Source: Patescibacteria group bacterium
GTDB lineage: Bacteria; Patescibacteriota; Microgenomatia; UBA1406; GWC2-37-13
NCBI GenBank assembly: GCA_023381015.1
Contig: JAMCTE010000016.1
Location: forward strand, 46,071 to 110,070
Length of the DNA stretch: 64,000 nucleotides
Direction of reading: 5' to 3'
In this document: positions 8,950 to 17,269 of the stretch, piece by piece
How positions within the stretch are numbered: the first letter of the stretch is position 1
Layout: each line of letters starts with the position of its first letter
Notes under the pieces: generated by a model
Told to the model about the DNA's origin: nothing
What the model saw: the letters and a program-made list of their open reading frames with translations, nothing else
The model's database searches: none
Made by a program: the position numbers and the translations under genes

Positions 8950-10026
8950 CTATTTTATTTTTTTAAATCTAAAACTCGTCGATATCATGCAGCCACCAAT
9001 GGCGAGTAACAAAAATGGCAAAAACACAACCCGACTTTTGATAAAAACCGACATAAGCAAAAAACTGGTTATTAAGCCAACCAAGAGGTTTAAATAAGCT
9101 ACGTTGTTCTTGGAAGTTATAGCTAATTTTATAGTGGAAATGATTATGGTAACGAAACCCATAAAACCAAGCGAGTCGATAATGTCTTTAAAAGTAAGAT
9201 GCCGCCAGTCTGCCCGGTACATGGCAATTTGTAAATCCTTATCTTTAAAATGCCTTAAACCGTAATAAAGTTCGTATAGCATTCCGATTGAAGAATAGCT
9301 CGAACCAATTACCCAAGAAAATAATTGGCTAATTAATAATGAAACCAGTATTAAAATAATCGTCAAAAAAACAGTTCTAGATTGTCTGGTGGCAATACTT
9401 CCAACAAAGATTACAAACAAAACAAAGTGAAACTGTTGCCATGTCATTTCAAGCAAGATCAAGAGCAATAGATCAATAAACCAGTATTGTTTTTTGCGTT
9501 CGACTAACCAAATAATATATATTCCAAAAAAACAAAATGTTAAAAACGCTCCTAAAAATTCTTCGGTATACATACCGTATTTTGTGTAATAAATAGCAAT
9601 CGGAAGGAGTGTAATGCTGATTAAAAAAACCGCTACTGACCAAGGATTCTTGAAAATTTTATGAGTAATAAAAATCCCTATAACTTCCCAAATAGCGTAG
9701 ATGACTATTGGAAGATAAAAAGCGAAGTCAAGAAAAGACACCCTCGGGAAAATTAAATGATTCAGTTTATAAAATAAAACTGATGTTATTGCTAAAACAG
9801 GCGGAGCATTTTCTTTAACAGTTAGTGGAGCTAATCTCAATTTATCATATTCTGGTAATTTTCCCGTCGTATATAGCCTATTTGAAATATCATAATAATA
9901 AGCTACTAAATTATTTGCTGACAAAATATAGGTCGGTTTAAGTCTAAAATTAAACCTTATAAAGACTCCCAGCCCAATAAAAAGAGCGATTATAATATAA
10001 CGTATTAATTTCACCCTATTATTCAT
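8950..10026 (-). CDS. STT3/AglB-like GT-C membrane domain (N-terminal half only)
   Basis: Multi-TM protein; pattern R..YIL...YYY.....L...GKLP.YD....P......PP.L resembles the AglB/STT3 first external loop; start could be 10026 or 10059. Confidence 0.5.
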   Translation of the reverse strand: MNNRVKLIRYIIIALFIGLGVFIRFNFRLKPTYILSANNLVAYYYDISNRLYTTGKLPEYDKLRLAPLTVKENAPPVLAITSVLFYKLNHLIFPRVSFLDFAFYLPIVIYAIWEVIGIFITHKIFKNPWSVAVFLISITLLPIAIYYTKYGMYTEEFLGAFLTFCFFGIYIIWLVERKKQYWFIDLLLLILLEMTWQQFHFVLFVIFVGSIATRQSRTVFLTIILILVSLLISQLFSWVIGSSYSSIGMLYELYYGLRHFKDKDLQIAMYRADWRHLTFKDIIDSLGFMGFVTIIISTIKLAITSKNNVAYLNLLVGLITSFLLMSVFIKSRVVFLPFLLLAIGGCMISTSFRFKKIK

Positions 10027-10062
10027 ACGAATAAAATATCGTAGCCTTAATAGTAACATATT

Positions 10063-10614
10063 ATGAAAAATAAAATTACTTTTACAGCGCTCTTAAACTA
10101 TAAACATCAAATAGTTATTAGTAGTTTATTATTCTTTTGTTCTTTATTTTTGTTTTTAGAAAGTTATCAAAATAACCTTTCCTTTGATGAAAAATACCGT
10201 TTAGATTATTTAAACGCAATGGATGTTATTAAAAATGGTTCAAGACCTGACGATATAGTTTTGACAGAATGGACCGAAGGTAATCAGATTGTTGCCCTGA
10301 CAGGAAGAAAAGTAATTGCTACTTCTAAGGTTTATCCGAGTGAATCAAAAATTATTGCGGAACGATATCGGGACTTGGCCTATTTCTTTTTTGCCAAAGA
10401 AGAATCCACTGCGGAAAAATTTCTCAAAAAATACCACGTGTCTCTTTTATTTATCCGTAAAGATTTTGGTTATCAAAGCTCTTGCGAAATTCCAAAAAAG
10501 TTGTGTAAAAAGAACGGTGTAGAGATATCTAAGCTTATAGAAAAGCAAGCTAAATTACCGATTACACCAATATACGATTCCGATAATTTTATTATTTATA
10601 AAGTAATAAAATAA
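10063..10614 (+). CDS. STT3-like C-terminal soluble domain with TM anchor
   Basis: DIVLTEWTEGNQIVALTGRKVIA resembles the WWDYG..I...xR region; later AEKFLKKYHVSLLFI and IYDSDNFIIYKV typical of such domains. Confidence 0.55.
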   Translation: MKNKITFTALLNYKHQIVISSLLFFCSLFLFLESYQNNLSFDEKYRLDYLNAMDVIKNGSRPDDIVLTEWTEGNQIVALTGRKVIATSKVYPSESKIIAERYRDLAYFFFAKEESTAEKFLKKYHVSLLFIRKDFGYQSSCEIPKKLCKKNGVEISKLIEKQAKLPITPIYDSDNFIIYKVIK

Positions 10615-10620
10615 AACGCT

Positions 10621-11892
10621 ATGAGTGAGAGCCATCTGATAAAAGAATTACAAATTCTACTCGGCGAGTTAGATCGTCTCGGTTTCCTTGATTCAATTTA
10701 TCGCCCAAGTCTTTTTTATGATGAGCCAAGATGGTATAAATTTATTACCCAACTCAATTTCCTCAAAAAATACTCTGATGGTTACCCATATAGAAAATAT
10801 CATCTTGGCATGGGATTCTCATTTAATGATCAACAACTTGCTTTAATTAAATCGCTCGGTGAAGCCATAGAAAGATTAGCTTTATATTCTTTTGATAAGG
10901 AGGATTTTATCTTCTTAAATGAAAATCAACCGATTAAAACGATGGACTTATCAAACTACAAAAATATTGAAAGATTATATATCAAACAAATCGCTTGGGT
11001 AAAAGGAAAAAGTTTAATCGATGAAACCGACGTTTTAGTTCCGGCGCAAATAGTGTTTCTAAACTATTTAAACAATCACCGTGAAAAATCGATAACAACT
11101 AAGATAAGTACGGGCGCAAGTGGAGGCTTTAGTCAATCAGAAGCTATTCTTAGAGGAATTTACGAGGTTATGGAAAGAGATTGCTTCATGACTATATATT
11201 TAAATAAAATTAGTGTCCCTAAAATAAGGCTTGTTTGTATTAATAATAAAATTTTAAAAAAAATCGTTAGTGATTTTTCTAGATATAATTTGGAGCTTAA
11301 TGTATTTGATATTAGTAACGATCTGGCTGTGCCGTGTTTTATGACGATTATTATTGATCGAACTGGTGTTGGTCCAATTATTTCTCTTGGTCTTAAATGT
11401 GATTTAAATCCCGAAAAAGCCATAGTTGGTAGCATAGAAGAGGCATATGCTGGACGAAATTATCCAAGGAAGTTAATAATTGAACATAAAACTAACACAT
11501 TTAATATTAATCCTAATAAAATTAAATCAATGGAAGATAGAATGCTTTTTTGGCTCAATCCAAGAAATATAAGTAAGTTGGATTTTTTATTAGAAGTTAA
11601 GGCTACTGACCTATCATTAACAAACGTAAAAAAATACACAGTTCAGGAAGAGTTAGAACTATTGAAAACGAAACTTAAAAATAAGGGTTTTGAAGTTTTT
11701 TTTGTCGATATTACTATGAATATACTCAAAAAAAGTCGCTATTTTATTTGCAAAGTAATAATACCTAAACTTCAGCCATTGTATTTCGACGAATCGAAGA
11801 AAGATATAAACAAATCTCGACTCAATGCGGTGGCCGATTTTTTTCATTTAAAACGCCGCACTATAAATAAATTTCCTCACCCTCTGATATGA
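10621..11892 (+). CDS. ycaO: YcaO-family cyclodehydratase
   Basis: ATP-binding motifs GEAIER, STGASGG, EVMERD, IEEA; KVIIPKLQPL and Pro-rich C-terminus FPHPLI. Confidence 0.92.
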   Translation: MSESHLIKELQILLGELDRLGFLDSIYRPSLFYDEPRWYKFITQLNFLKKYSDGYPYRKYHLGMGFSFNDQQLALIKSLGEAIERLALYSFDKEDFIFLNENQPIKTMDLSNYKNIERLYIKQIAWVKGKSLIDETDVLVPAQIVFLNYLNNHREKSITTKISTGASGGFSQSEAILRGIYEVMERDCFMTIYLNKISVPKIRLVCINNKILKKIVSDFSRYNLELNVFDISNDLAVPCFMTIIIDRTGVGPIISLGLKCDLNPEKAIVGSIEEAYAGRNYPRKLIIEHKTNTFNINPNKIKSMEDRMLFWLNPRNISKLDFLLEVKATDLSLTNVKKYTVQEELELLKTKLKNKGFEVFFVDITMNILKKSRYFICKVIIPKLQPLYFDESKKDINKSRLNAVADFFHLKRRTINKFPHPLI

Positions 11893-12647
11893 AAATCAAA
11901 ACCGACTTAAATGAACTTCTAGGAAAGTCTTTTAGCCTGTCAGAGGAATTCCATCAAAAAACCAAGTTAAAAAAGATATCGGATGATCATACTTTTAATA
12001 AGGTACCAAAAGAATGGAAAACAGTCCAATTTAAAAGTTATCCGCGGTTTAAAGAATTGGTCCTCCCCAAGCCAAAAATTATTGATCCGAGTCTAAAAAA
12101 AATCTTAATCGAACGTAAATCATCAAGGAATTTTTCGAGACACCCATTATCCTTGGAAAAGTTGAGCGGTCTTTTATATTACTCTGCTGGATTAAAAACT
12201 TACAAAGAACCTTGGTTGGTTAACCGATTCTACCCGTCCGCCGGATCCCGCTACCCTCTAGAGGTTTATTTGATATCTCTTAACAGTCAGCTGCCAATGG
12301 GTCTTTACCATTACTATTTAAAAAACCACAGTTTGGAAAAAATACAAAGTTTCGATCGGTTTAAAGCTTCTAATTATTTCCGACCCGACTGGGTGGAAAA
12401 ATCCTCTGTCATTATAATTATCACCGCGGTCTTCAAAAGAAACACTATAAAATATGGCGATCGTGGTTATCGACATATATTAATTGAGGCGGGTCATCTT
12501 GGCCAAAATCTTTACTTGATGGCCTCGGTATTTAAACTGTCTTGTTGTGCTATGGGCGGTTATTATGATGATCGTTTAAACGAATTAATTGATATTGATG
12601 GCCATTCAGAATCGGTTATTTATACGCTAGCTTTGGGTCAGTTTTAA
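11889..12647 (+). CDS. SagB/ThcOx-family FMN-dependent azoline dehydrogenase
   Basis: RKSSRNF, RFYPSAGSRYPLEVY, KYGDRGYR, EAGHLGQN; ATGA overlap with ycaO. Confidence 0.9.
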   Translation: MKIKTDLNELLGKSFSLSEEFHQKTKLKKISDDHTFNKVPKEWKTVQFKSYPRFKELVLPKPKIIDPSLKKILIERKSSRNFSRHPLSLEKLSGLLYYSAGLKTYKEPWLVNRFYPSAGSRYPLEVYLISLNSQLPMGLYHYYLKNHSLEKIQSFDRFKASNYFRPDWVEKSSVIIIITAVFKRNTIKYGDRGYRHILIEAGHLGQNLYLMASVFKLSCCAMGGYYDDRLNELIDIDGHSESVIYTLALGQF

Positions 12648-12665
12648 AATACAAATAAGATTCTA

Positions 12666-12694
12666 TTGACATAAAATACAGATATATCTAAAAT
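12666..12694 (+). promoter_or_regulatory. Sigma70-type promoter, leaderless to the 12701 GTG
   Basis: TTGACA (12666-12671), 17-bp spacer, TAAAAT (12689-12694), 6 nt before the start codon. Confidence 0.7.
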
Positions 12695-12700
12695 CAAATT

Positions 12701-13309
12701 GTGTCAGGATTAAATAAAGTCTATCTCAGTATTTTTATCTTTCTTGTTTTGGTTCTTGTTGGAGAACTAGGTTATTTATTTTATCAATCTTCCTTTAAAC
12801 CTAAAAGTTCCTCTGTAACCCAGACTATCAGTGATGTACTAACAGCAACTCCTGCCATAAGCAAATTCATTTTACCAACAGGTACTCCAACTGCTACTGA
12901 TGCGGCTACAGTCTCTTTTGTTAAGACCGAACTAGATGTCTACAAGAACATGAATGCTTTGGGTACTTATTATAGACTAATGGCTGATAAAGGAATACTC
13001 ATTTCTTCTTTGTTGACGGTTAAAATGGGTGGTGAACTCGTTAAAATAGACGACAAGGGCGGAGTTCTACCCGTAACCAATTTTCCGTTTCAGGTGATGA
13101 TATCTTTTAAAAAAGGGGACGAGATTCAAAGCACTTATTTATCAGCTAGTCAAGTTAAGCTTGTTCAAGTTGTTAAAATCGTTGACGGTAAAGAGCAATC
13201 GATTCCCTTTACTGATTTGAAAATAGGTGATAACATTACCCTTGAAAAAACACGAAGTTTGCTTGATCGTCCTGACCTTTTCACAGAATTTAAAATAACC
13301 AAACTATGA
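12701..13309 (+). CDS. Hypothetical membrane-anchored protein, translationally coupled to the putative precursor
   Basis: N-terminal TM helix, Ser/Thr/Pro linker, beta-rich C-domain; its TGA overlaps the next ATG. Confidence 0.7.
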   Translation: MSGLNKVYLSIFIFLVLVLVGELGYLFYQSSFKPKSSSVTQTISDVLTATPAISKFILPTGTPTATDAATVSFVKTELDVYKNMNALGTYYRLMADKGILISSLLTVKMGGELVKIDDKGGVLPVTNFPFQVMISFKKGDEIQSTYLSASQVKLVQVVKIVDGKEQSIPFTDLKIGDNITLEKTRSLLDRPDLFTEFKITKL

Positions 13310-13473
13310 TAAAGAAATCTAAAAAAAGGTATCAAAAACCAATGATCAAATCTGAAAAAATTAAAGTAAGTTTTTTTATGTCTAATCGTTACAAAGATTC
13401 GATCGATAGTCTGATTCAACCTAATCTCTATCTTGCTCAATCAAACTGCGATACCACTGCTTGTGATACTTGA
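13306..13473 (+). CDS. Putative RiPP precursor peptide, 55 aa: MIKKSKKRYQKPMIKSEKIKVSFFMSNRYKDSIDSLIQPNLYLAQSNCDTTACDT
   Basis: Hand-translated, below the ORF-track cutoff; ATGA coupling; YxxPx-hydrophobic RRE-binding motif; Cys/Thr/Ser-rich C-terminus; lies between YcaO/SagB and kinase/peptidase/PqqD genes. Confidence 0.8.
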   Translation: MIKKSKKRYQKPMIKSEKIKVSFFMSNRYKDSIDSLIQPNLYLAQSNCDTTACDT

Positions 13474-13496
13474 CTGATGTTTAATTATATTGAAAA

Positions 13497-14330
13497 TTAT
13501 TGATATTTTTTATCTTTAATTAGTTCTAATAACTTATTTTTATCTCTTGCAAACTTAAGTTTATAAAAACGATTAAATTTGGTGACAAATTGCAACGTAT
13601 TCTTTAGCTCCTTACTTAGTAAGCGAGGGTTATTGTCAAATAGCAATTGTTTGCTCATTAATTTTATTATCGATTTTTTATCCGTCAGTTGAATTAATTT
13701 ATAATTATCTGCCTTATCTATAAAAATAACTCTATTTAATAGATACTTTTTGTTTGTTTTTTTTACTAGGTAGGTTTTTCCCTCAAGAAAAGGAAATTGA
13801 TAGATATAAAATTTTTTTGATTCTTTTTTCAGGATGGCAACATCATCAGCTAGTGAAAGATATTTTTCATCTAATAGTTGTCTAACTGTTGACTTACCAG
13901 CGCCTGATTTTCCTAAAAATATATCGGCTTTATCATTGTATGCAACTGCTGAAGCATGAACAAAAAAACCATTATTAGTCCTTAGCAAAAAAGAAAGAAT
14001 TAATCTTAACATAACATTAAATTCAAAAAGACTGTTTCGGTAAAAAGTGACGGTTTTATTCTTCGATTTGTTAATGAAATAATTTATATAAAAATATTCA
14101 TCGTCTTTTTTTTCAAAGAAGAATCTTATCTCAGCATATTTATCCCAGACAATATCTATTTGATAGTCTATTTTACTTGGTATGGACTTTAGTCGAAAAT
14201 TCTGAAAAAATTTTACTACTTCAAACTCTAGTTTTTCTTTATCAGTAAACTCATCTAGATGATAAAAAATAAAATTGAAATAAAAACCGCCTATGGAAAA
14301 ATAGTATTCCCTTTTAGCACCTCTAGTCAT
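13497..14330 (-). CDS. HprK-related P-loop kinase (type found in PqqD/lasso-associated clusters)
   Basis: FFVHASAV, Walker A GKSGAGKST, LADDVAIL. Confidence 0.8.
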   Translation of the reverse strand: MTRGAKREYYFSIGGFYFNFIFYHLDEFTDKEKLEFEVVKFFQNFRLKSIPSKIDYQIDIVWDKYAEIRFFFEKKDDEYFYINYFINKSKNKTVTFYRNSLFEFNVMLRLILSFLLRTNNGFFVHASAVAYNDKADIFLGKSGAGKSTVRQLLDEKYLSLADDVAILKKESKKFYIYQFPFLEGKTYLVKKTNKKYLLNRVIFIDKADNYKLIQLTDKKSIIKLMSKQLLFDNNPRLLSKELKNTLQFVTKFNRFYKLKFARDKNKLLELIKDKKYQ

Positions 14331-14348
14331 ATAATTGATTAACCTTAA

Positions 14349-15548
14349 ATCATTTTAAATCAAACTATAAAACCTATCTTACTAGGATATAACTTTCAAA
14401 AAGTTAAAACATTTGGTCACAGCATGTCCCCATTATTATTAGATCAGGACATAGTTTACTTAATGAACGCTAAATTTTCCCAAATTATGGTCAATGATAT
14501 TATAACAATCAATAGATCTAATAAAATGTTCACTCATCGAGTAATCTATAAAGGTAATGACTATCTTATTACAAAGGGTGATAAAAATCTAATAACTGAT
14601 GGTAAAATCCGTTCTAATCAGATCGTTGGAAAAGTTTATCAACTAAAAAGAAGAAACAAGCTTACTGCCATTGAAAATATATACTTGATTCAATCAACCT
14701 TTTATTTTAAAGAAATATCTAAAATTATCGATGCTTTCCAAAAAAATCATATTGATTATTTAATCCTAAAAGGTTTGCCTCTTCATCTATTTTTTGATAA
14801 GCACCTTCCAAGAAGAATTTACTCAGATTGCGATATTATGATCAAAAAAAGAGATTTTCTAATCGCTGATAAAATCCTCGAAAAATTTGGATATAAAAAA
14901 GACGATGTTAATCGCCAAAAAATTGAAAATAATTATTTAAAAAAAATGAATGACTTTCCGGTCGTTTTTGACATCCATCTTGAACCAACTTTTCTAATGA
15001 CAAAGTTCGGCGGTCTTGAAGCTCTGTATTCTCAAAAACTCATTAATAAATTTACCGACGAATTGTTTAACAATAGGAAGCAAATAACTATCAATAATAG
15101 TAAATACTGGGTATTAGATAATAATTATTCAATTCTCTATCTTGCTCTTCATATTTTTCATCATAACTTTCGGGGCGCGTTTCGTTACCAATTTTTAGAT
15201 ACGGTCATTATAAAAAGTAGGCTCAAAAGTCAAGACTGGGTTAAGATTAAATCAATAATTGACGCTTACAAATTTGGTCACTACCTCTCACCTGTGTTTA
15301 TTCTATTAAGAAGATATTATAAAACGCCTGTTCCTAAGTTAATTTACGAAAAAAAATATAAACCTTTACGGTTTAATATTTTTGATGATGAAACTCCTAT
15401 TCAAGCCGGAATTAATAGGTTTAGCAACATATTCTTTCTATCATATCAGCCATTATGGAAGAAGATTTTTATTATTTTCAATCCTCAGGTTATTTACTTT
15501 TCCTTTTTGGTGGCACGGAAGAAATTATTTTCTTTTTTTTCAAATTGA
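14349..15548 (+). CDS. S26 (SipW/Sec11-type, Ser-His) peptidase fused to a nucleotidyltransferase domain
   Basis: GHSMSP (Ser just upstream of ATG 14424; frame open back to 14349), THRVI, ITKGDKN; then LILKGLPL, RIYSDCDIMI, DIH, LALHIFHH of lasso-associated nucleotidyltransferases. Start uncertain. Confidence 0.8.
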   Translation: MILNQTIKPILLGYNFQKVKTFGHSMSPLLLDQDIVYLMNAKFSQIMVNDIITINRSNKMFTHRVIYKGNDYLITKGDKNLITDGKIRSNQIVGKVYQLKRRNKLTAIENIYLIQSTFYFKEISKIIDAFQKNHIDYLILKGLPLHLFFDKHLPRRIYSDCDIMIKKRDFLIADKILEKFGYKKDDVNRQKIENNYLKKMNDFPVVFDIHLEPTFLMTKFGGLEALYSQKLINKFTDELFNNRKQITINNSKYWVLDNNYSILYLALHIFHHNFRGAFRYQFLDTVIIKSRLKSQDWVKIKSIIDAYKFGHYLSPVFILLRRYYKTPVPKLIYEKKYKPLRFNIFDDETPIQAGINRFSNIFFLSYQPLWKKIFIIFNPQVIYFSFLVARKKLFSFFSN

Positions 15549-15771
15549 TCAGCAACTCATTAAAATCATTTTTTGCCTTATTCTGATCTATTCCGTATTT
15601 TTTAACAAGATTCAAAATAATTTTGTTTTCAGCCGCACCTTTTTTAATTAGTTTAAATATATAAGAAGCGCTTTCATTAAAAGTGTGAAAAATTGATTTC
15701 TCGCTGTCAAAAATTGCTGTTTTGCCTCCTAATTTCTGGATTATTAATCCTTGATTAATTTTATATTTCAT
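15490..15771 (-). CDS. PqqD-family RiPP recognition element (RRE)
   Basis: 93 aa; beta3-alpha3 pattern ...HTFNESASYIFKLI...LVKKYGID...AKNDFNELLINLKKKKII. Confidence 0.88.
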   Translation of the reverse strand: MKYKINQGLIIQKLGGKTAIFDSEKSIFHTFNESASYIFKLIKKGAAENKIILNLVKKYGIDQNKAKNDFNELLINLKKKKIISSVPPKRKSK

Positions 15772-15773
15772 AT

Positions 15774-16358
15774 TTATTTCTTTAATGAGTCAAAAGTTAG
15801 TTTTAATAATATACTGACTGTTTGTGCTGTAATTTTGATATCATACCACAAACTTTTTTTTTCGATGTATTCTAGATCAAGCTCCATCCACCGGTCAAAA
15901 TTTTTGTGGTCGGTTCCTCCGATAACCCACAGTGAAGAAATACCTGGTAATACTGTAAACCGTTGTTGGTATTTTTCCGGTATTTTACTGCTTTCTTCTA
16001 TGGGAAAAGGACGGGGACCAACAAAGGCCATCTCTCCCCTGACGATATTCCACAGCTGTGGTAGCTCGTCCAGGCCACTATGGGCCAAAAAACAGCCGAA
16101 TTTGGTGTACCTCGGGTCATTCCTGATCTTGAACACTGGCCCGTCTGCCTCATTTTTGTCTTTTAAACCGGATTTCTTATTTTCTGCATCTATAACCATG
16201 GTGCGGATTTTGTAGATATAAAACGGTTTCTTGTCTTTACCCAGTCTTTTTTGCTTAAAAAGAAAGCTTCCTTTTGAAGTCAACTTAACGATCAAAAACA
16301 ACAAAACAAAAAAAGGCAGAAATAAAATTAACAAACAGAGGGCTAGAATTCGTTGCAT
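15774..16358 (-). CDS. Bacterial sugar transferase (PglC/WcaJ-type phosphoglycosyl transferase)
   Basis: FKQKRLGKDKKPF, KIRTM, DPRYT, LDELPQLWNIVRGEMAFVGPRP, LDLEYI. Confidence 0.92.
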   Translation of the reverse strand: MQRILALCLLILFLPFFVLLFLIVKLTSKGSFLFKQKRLGKDKKPFYIYKIRTMVIDAENKKSGLKDKNEADGPVFKIRNDPRYTKFGCFLAHSGLDELPQLWNIVRGEMAFVGPRPFPIEESSKIPEKYQQRFTVLPGISSLWVIGGTDHKNFDRWMELDLEYIEKKSLWYDIKITAQTVSILLKLTFDSLKK

Positions 16359-16392
16359 GGTTAAAAACTATATTATAGTATAATTATCTGCG

Positions 16393-17214
16393 ATGCCTAA
16401 ATTAATTCAAAAACTTTGGAAATTTGCCCTCAAGAATTACTTTGTTTCCATCTTTCTAGCCTGCGTCGCTTTCGTGATTTTCGTCGCTTCATATAAATTG
16501 TTTTTCTCGAAACCGACCTACGTCTTCGTCAAAGTAAAAATGGGCCAGGGCCTTTGGTGGGCATCGACCCAAAAGCCGTCGCTCTGGTTCGTCAAATCGA
16601 TCAAAAAAGGAGCGACGGAAAAAGATCTTTTAGGCCAACCTATCGCCACCATCCAAACCGTCCGTTATTACCCGAGCACGGTTTCCTATAACCAGTACGA
16701 CGTTTACTTGGATATAAAACTAAAAGTCACCGGTAATAAGAAAACCGGAGTTTATAGTTTCAACCGGTCGACAATCGGCGTCGGGGCTCCAATCGACCTT
16801 GAATTCCCGTCTTCTCAGTTTTCCGGAACGATCACAGAAATGTCAACTAGGCCTTTAAACGATAGATATGTCGAAAAAACCGTCTATCTGGTTAAATACT
16901 TTGGTTATCCTTGGGAATATGACGGGATACAGGTTGGTGATAAATTCTACGACGGACAAGAAAATGCCGTCGAGATTATCGATAAGTCAGCCGTATCGCA
17001 TAATTCTATAGCCAATCCATCAACTTACTTTACCAGTGAAACTTACCCTCAATCCCGTGACGATATTTATCTTACGACAAAATTAAAAGGACAGGTGATC
17101 GACGGAAAATTCGTCTTTGGTGAAGAACAAATCGTCGACATCGGCAAAACATTATACCTGTCAACAGATCGATACAGCTTCAACAACGACTACCAGGTTT
17201 ACAGAATAGAATAA
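16393..17214 (+). CDS. Hypothetical membrane-anchored protein with internal duplication (DUF4330-like)
   Basis: N-terminal TM; two similar beta-rich halves. Confidence 0.5.
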   Translation: MPKLIQKLWKFALKNYFVSIFLACVAFVIFVASYKLFFSKPTYVFVKVKMGQGLWWASTQKPSLWFVKSIKKGATEKDLLGQPIATIQTVRYYPSTVSYNQYDVYLDIKLKVTGNKKTGVYSFNRSTIGVGAPIDLEFPSSQFSGTITEMSTRPLNDRYVEKTVYLVKYFGYPWEYDGIQVGDKFYDGQENAVEIIDKSAVSHNSIANPSTYFTSETYPQSRDDIYLTTKLKGQVIDGKFVFGEEQIVDIGKTLYLSTDRYSFNNDYQVYRIE

Positions 17215-17269
17215 TTATTCTTTCCAAGCGGAATTTTAACAAACTAGCTATTAATGATAGAATGTTTTA

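Noticed and set aside
10621-11892. Thioamide-forming YcaO (TfuA-type)
   Set aside because: No TfuA seen; coupled SagB dehydrogenase and Pro-rich C-terminus favour azoline chemistry.
13165-13440. 91-aa minus-strand ORF over the precursor region
   Set aside because: Antisense shadow overlapping the 12701 gene; the plus-strand 55-aa ORF has coupling and a recognisable motif.
13306-15771. Classical lasso peptide cluster
   Set aside because: No asparagine-synthetase-like cyclase or transglutaminase-like B2 protease in the window; core lacks lasso ring spacing.
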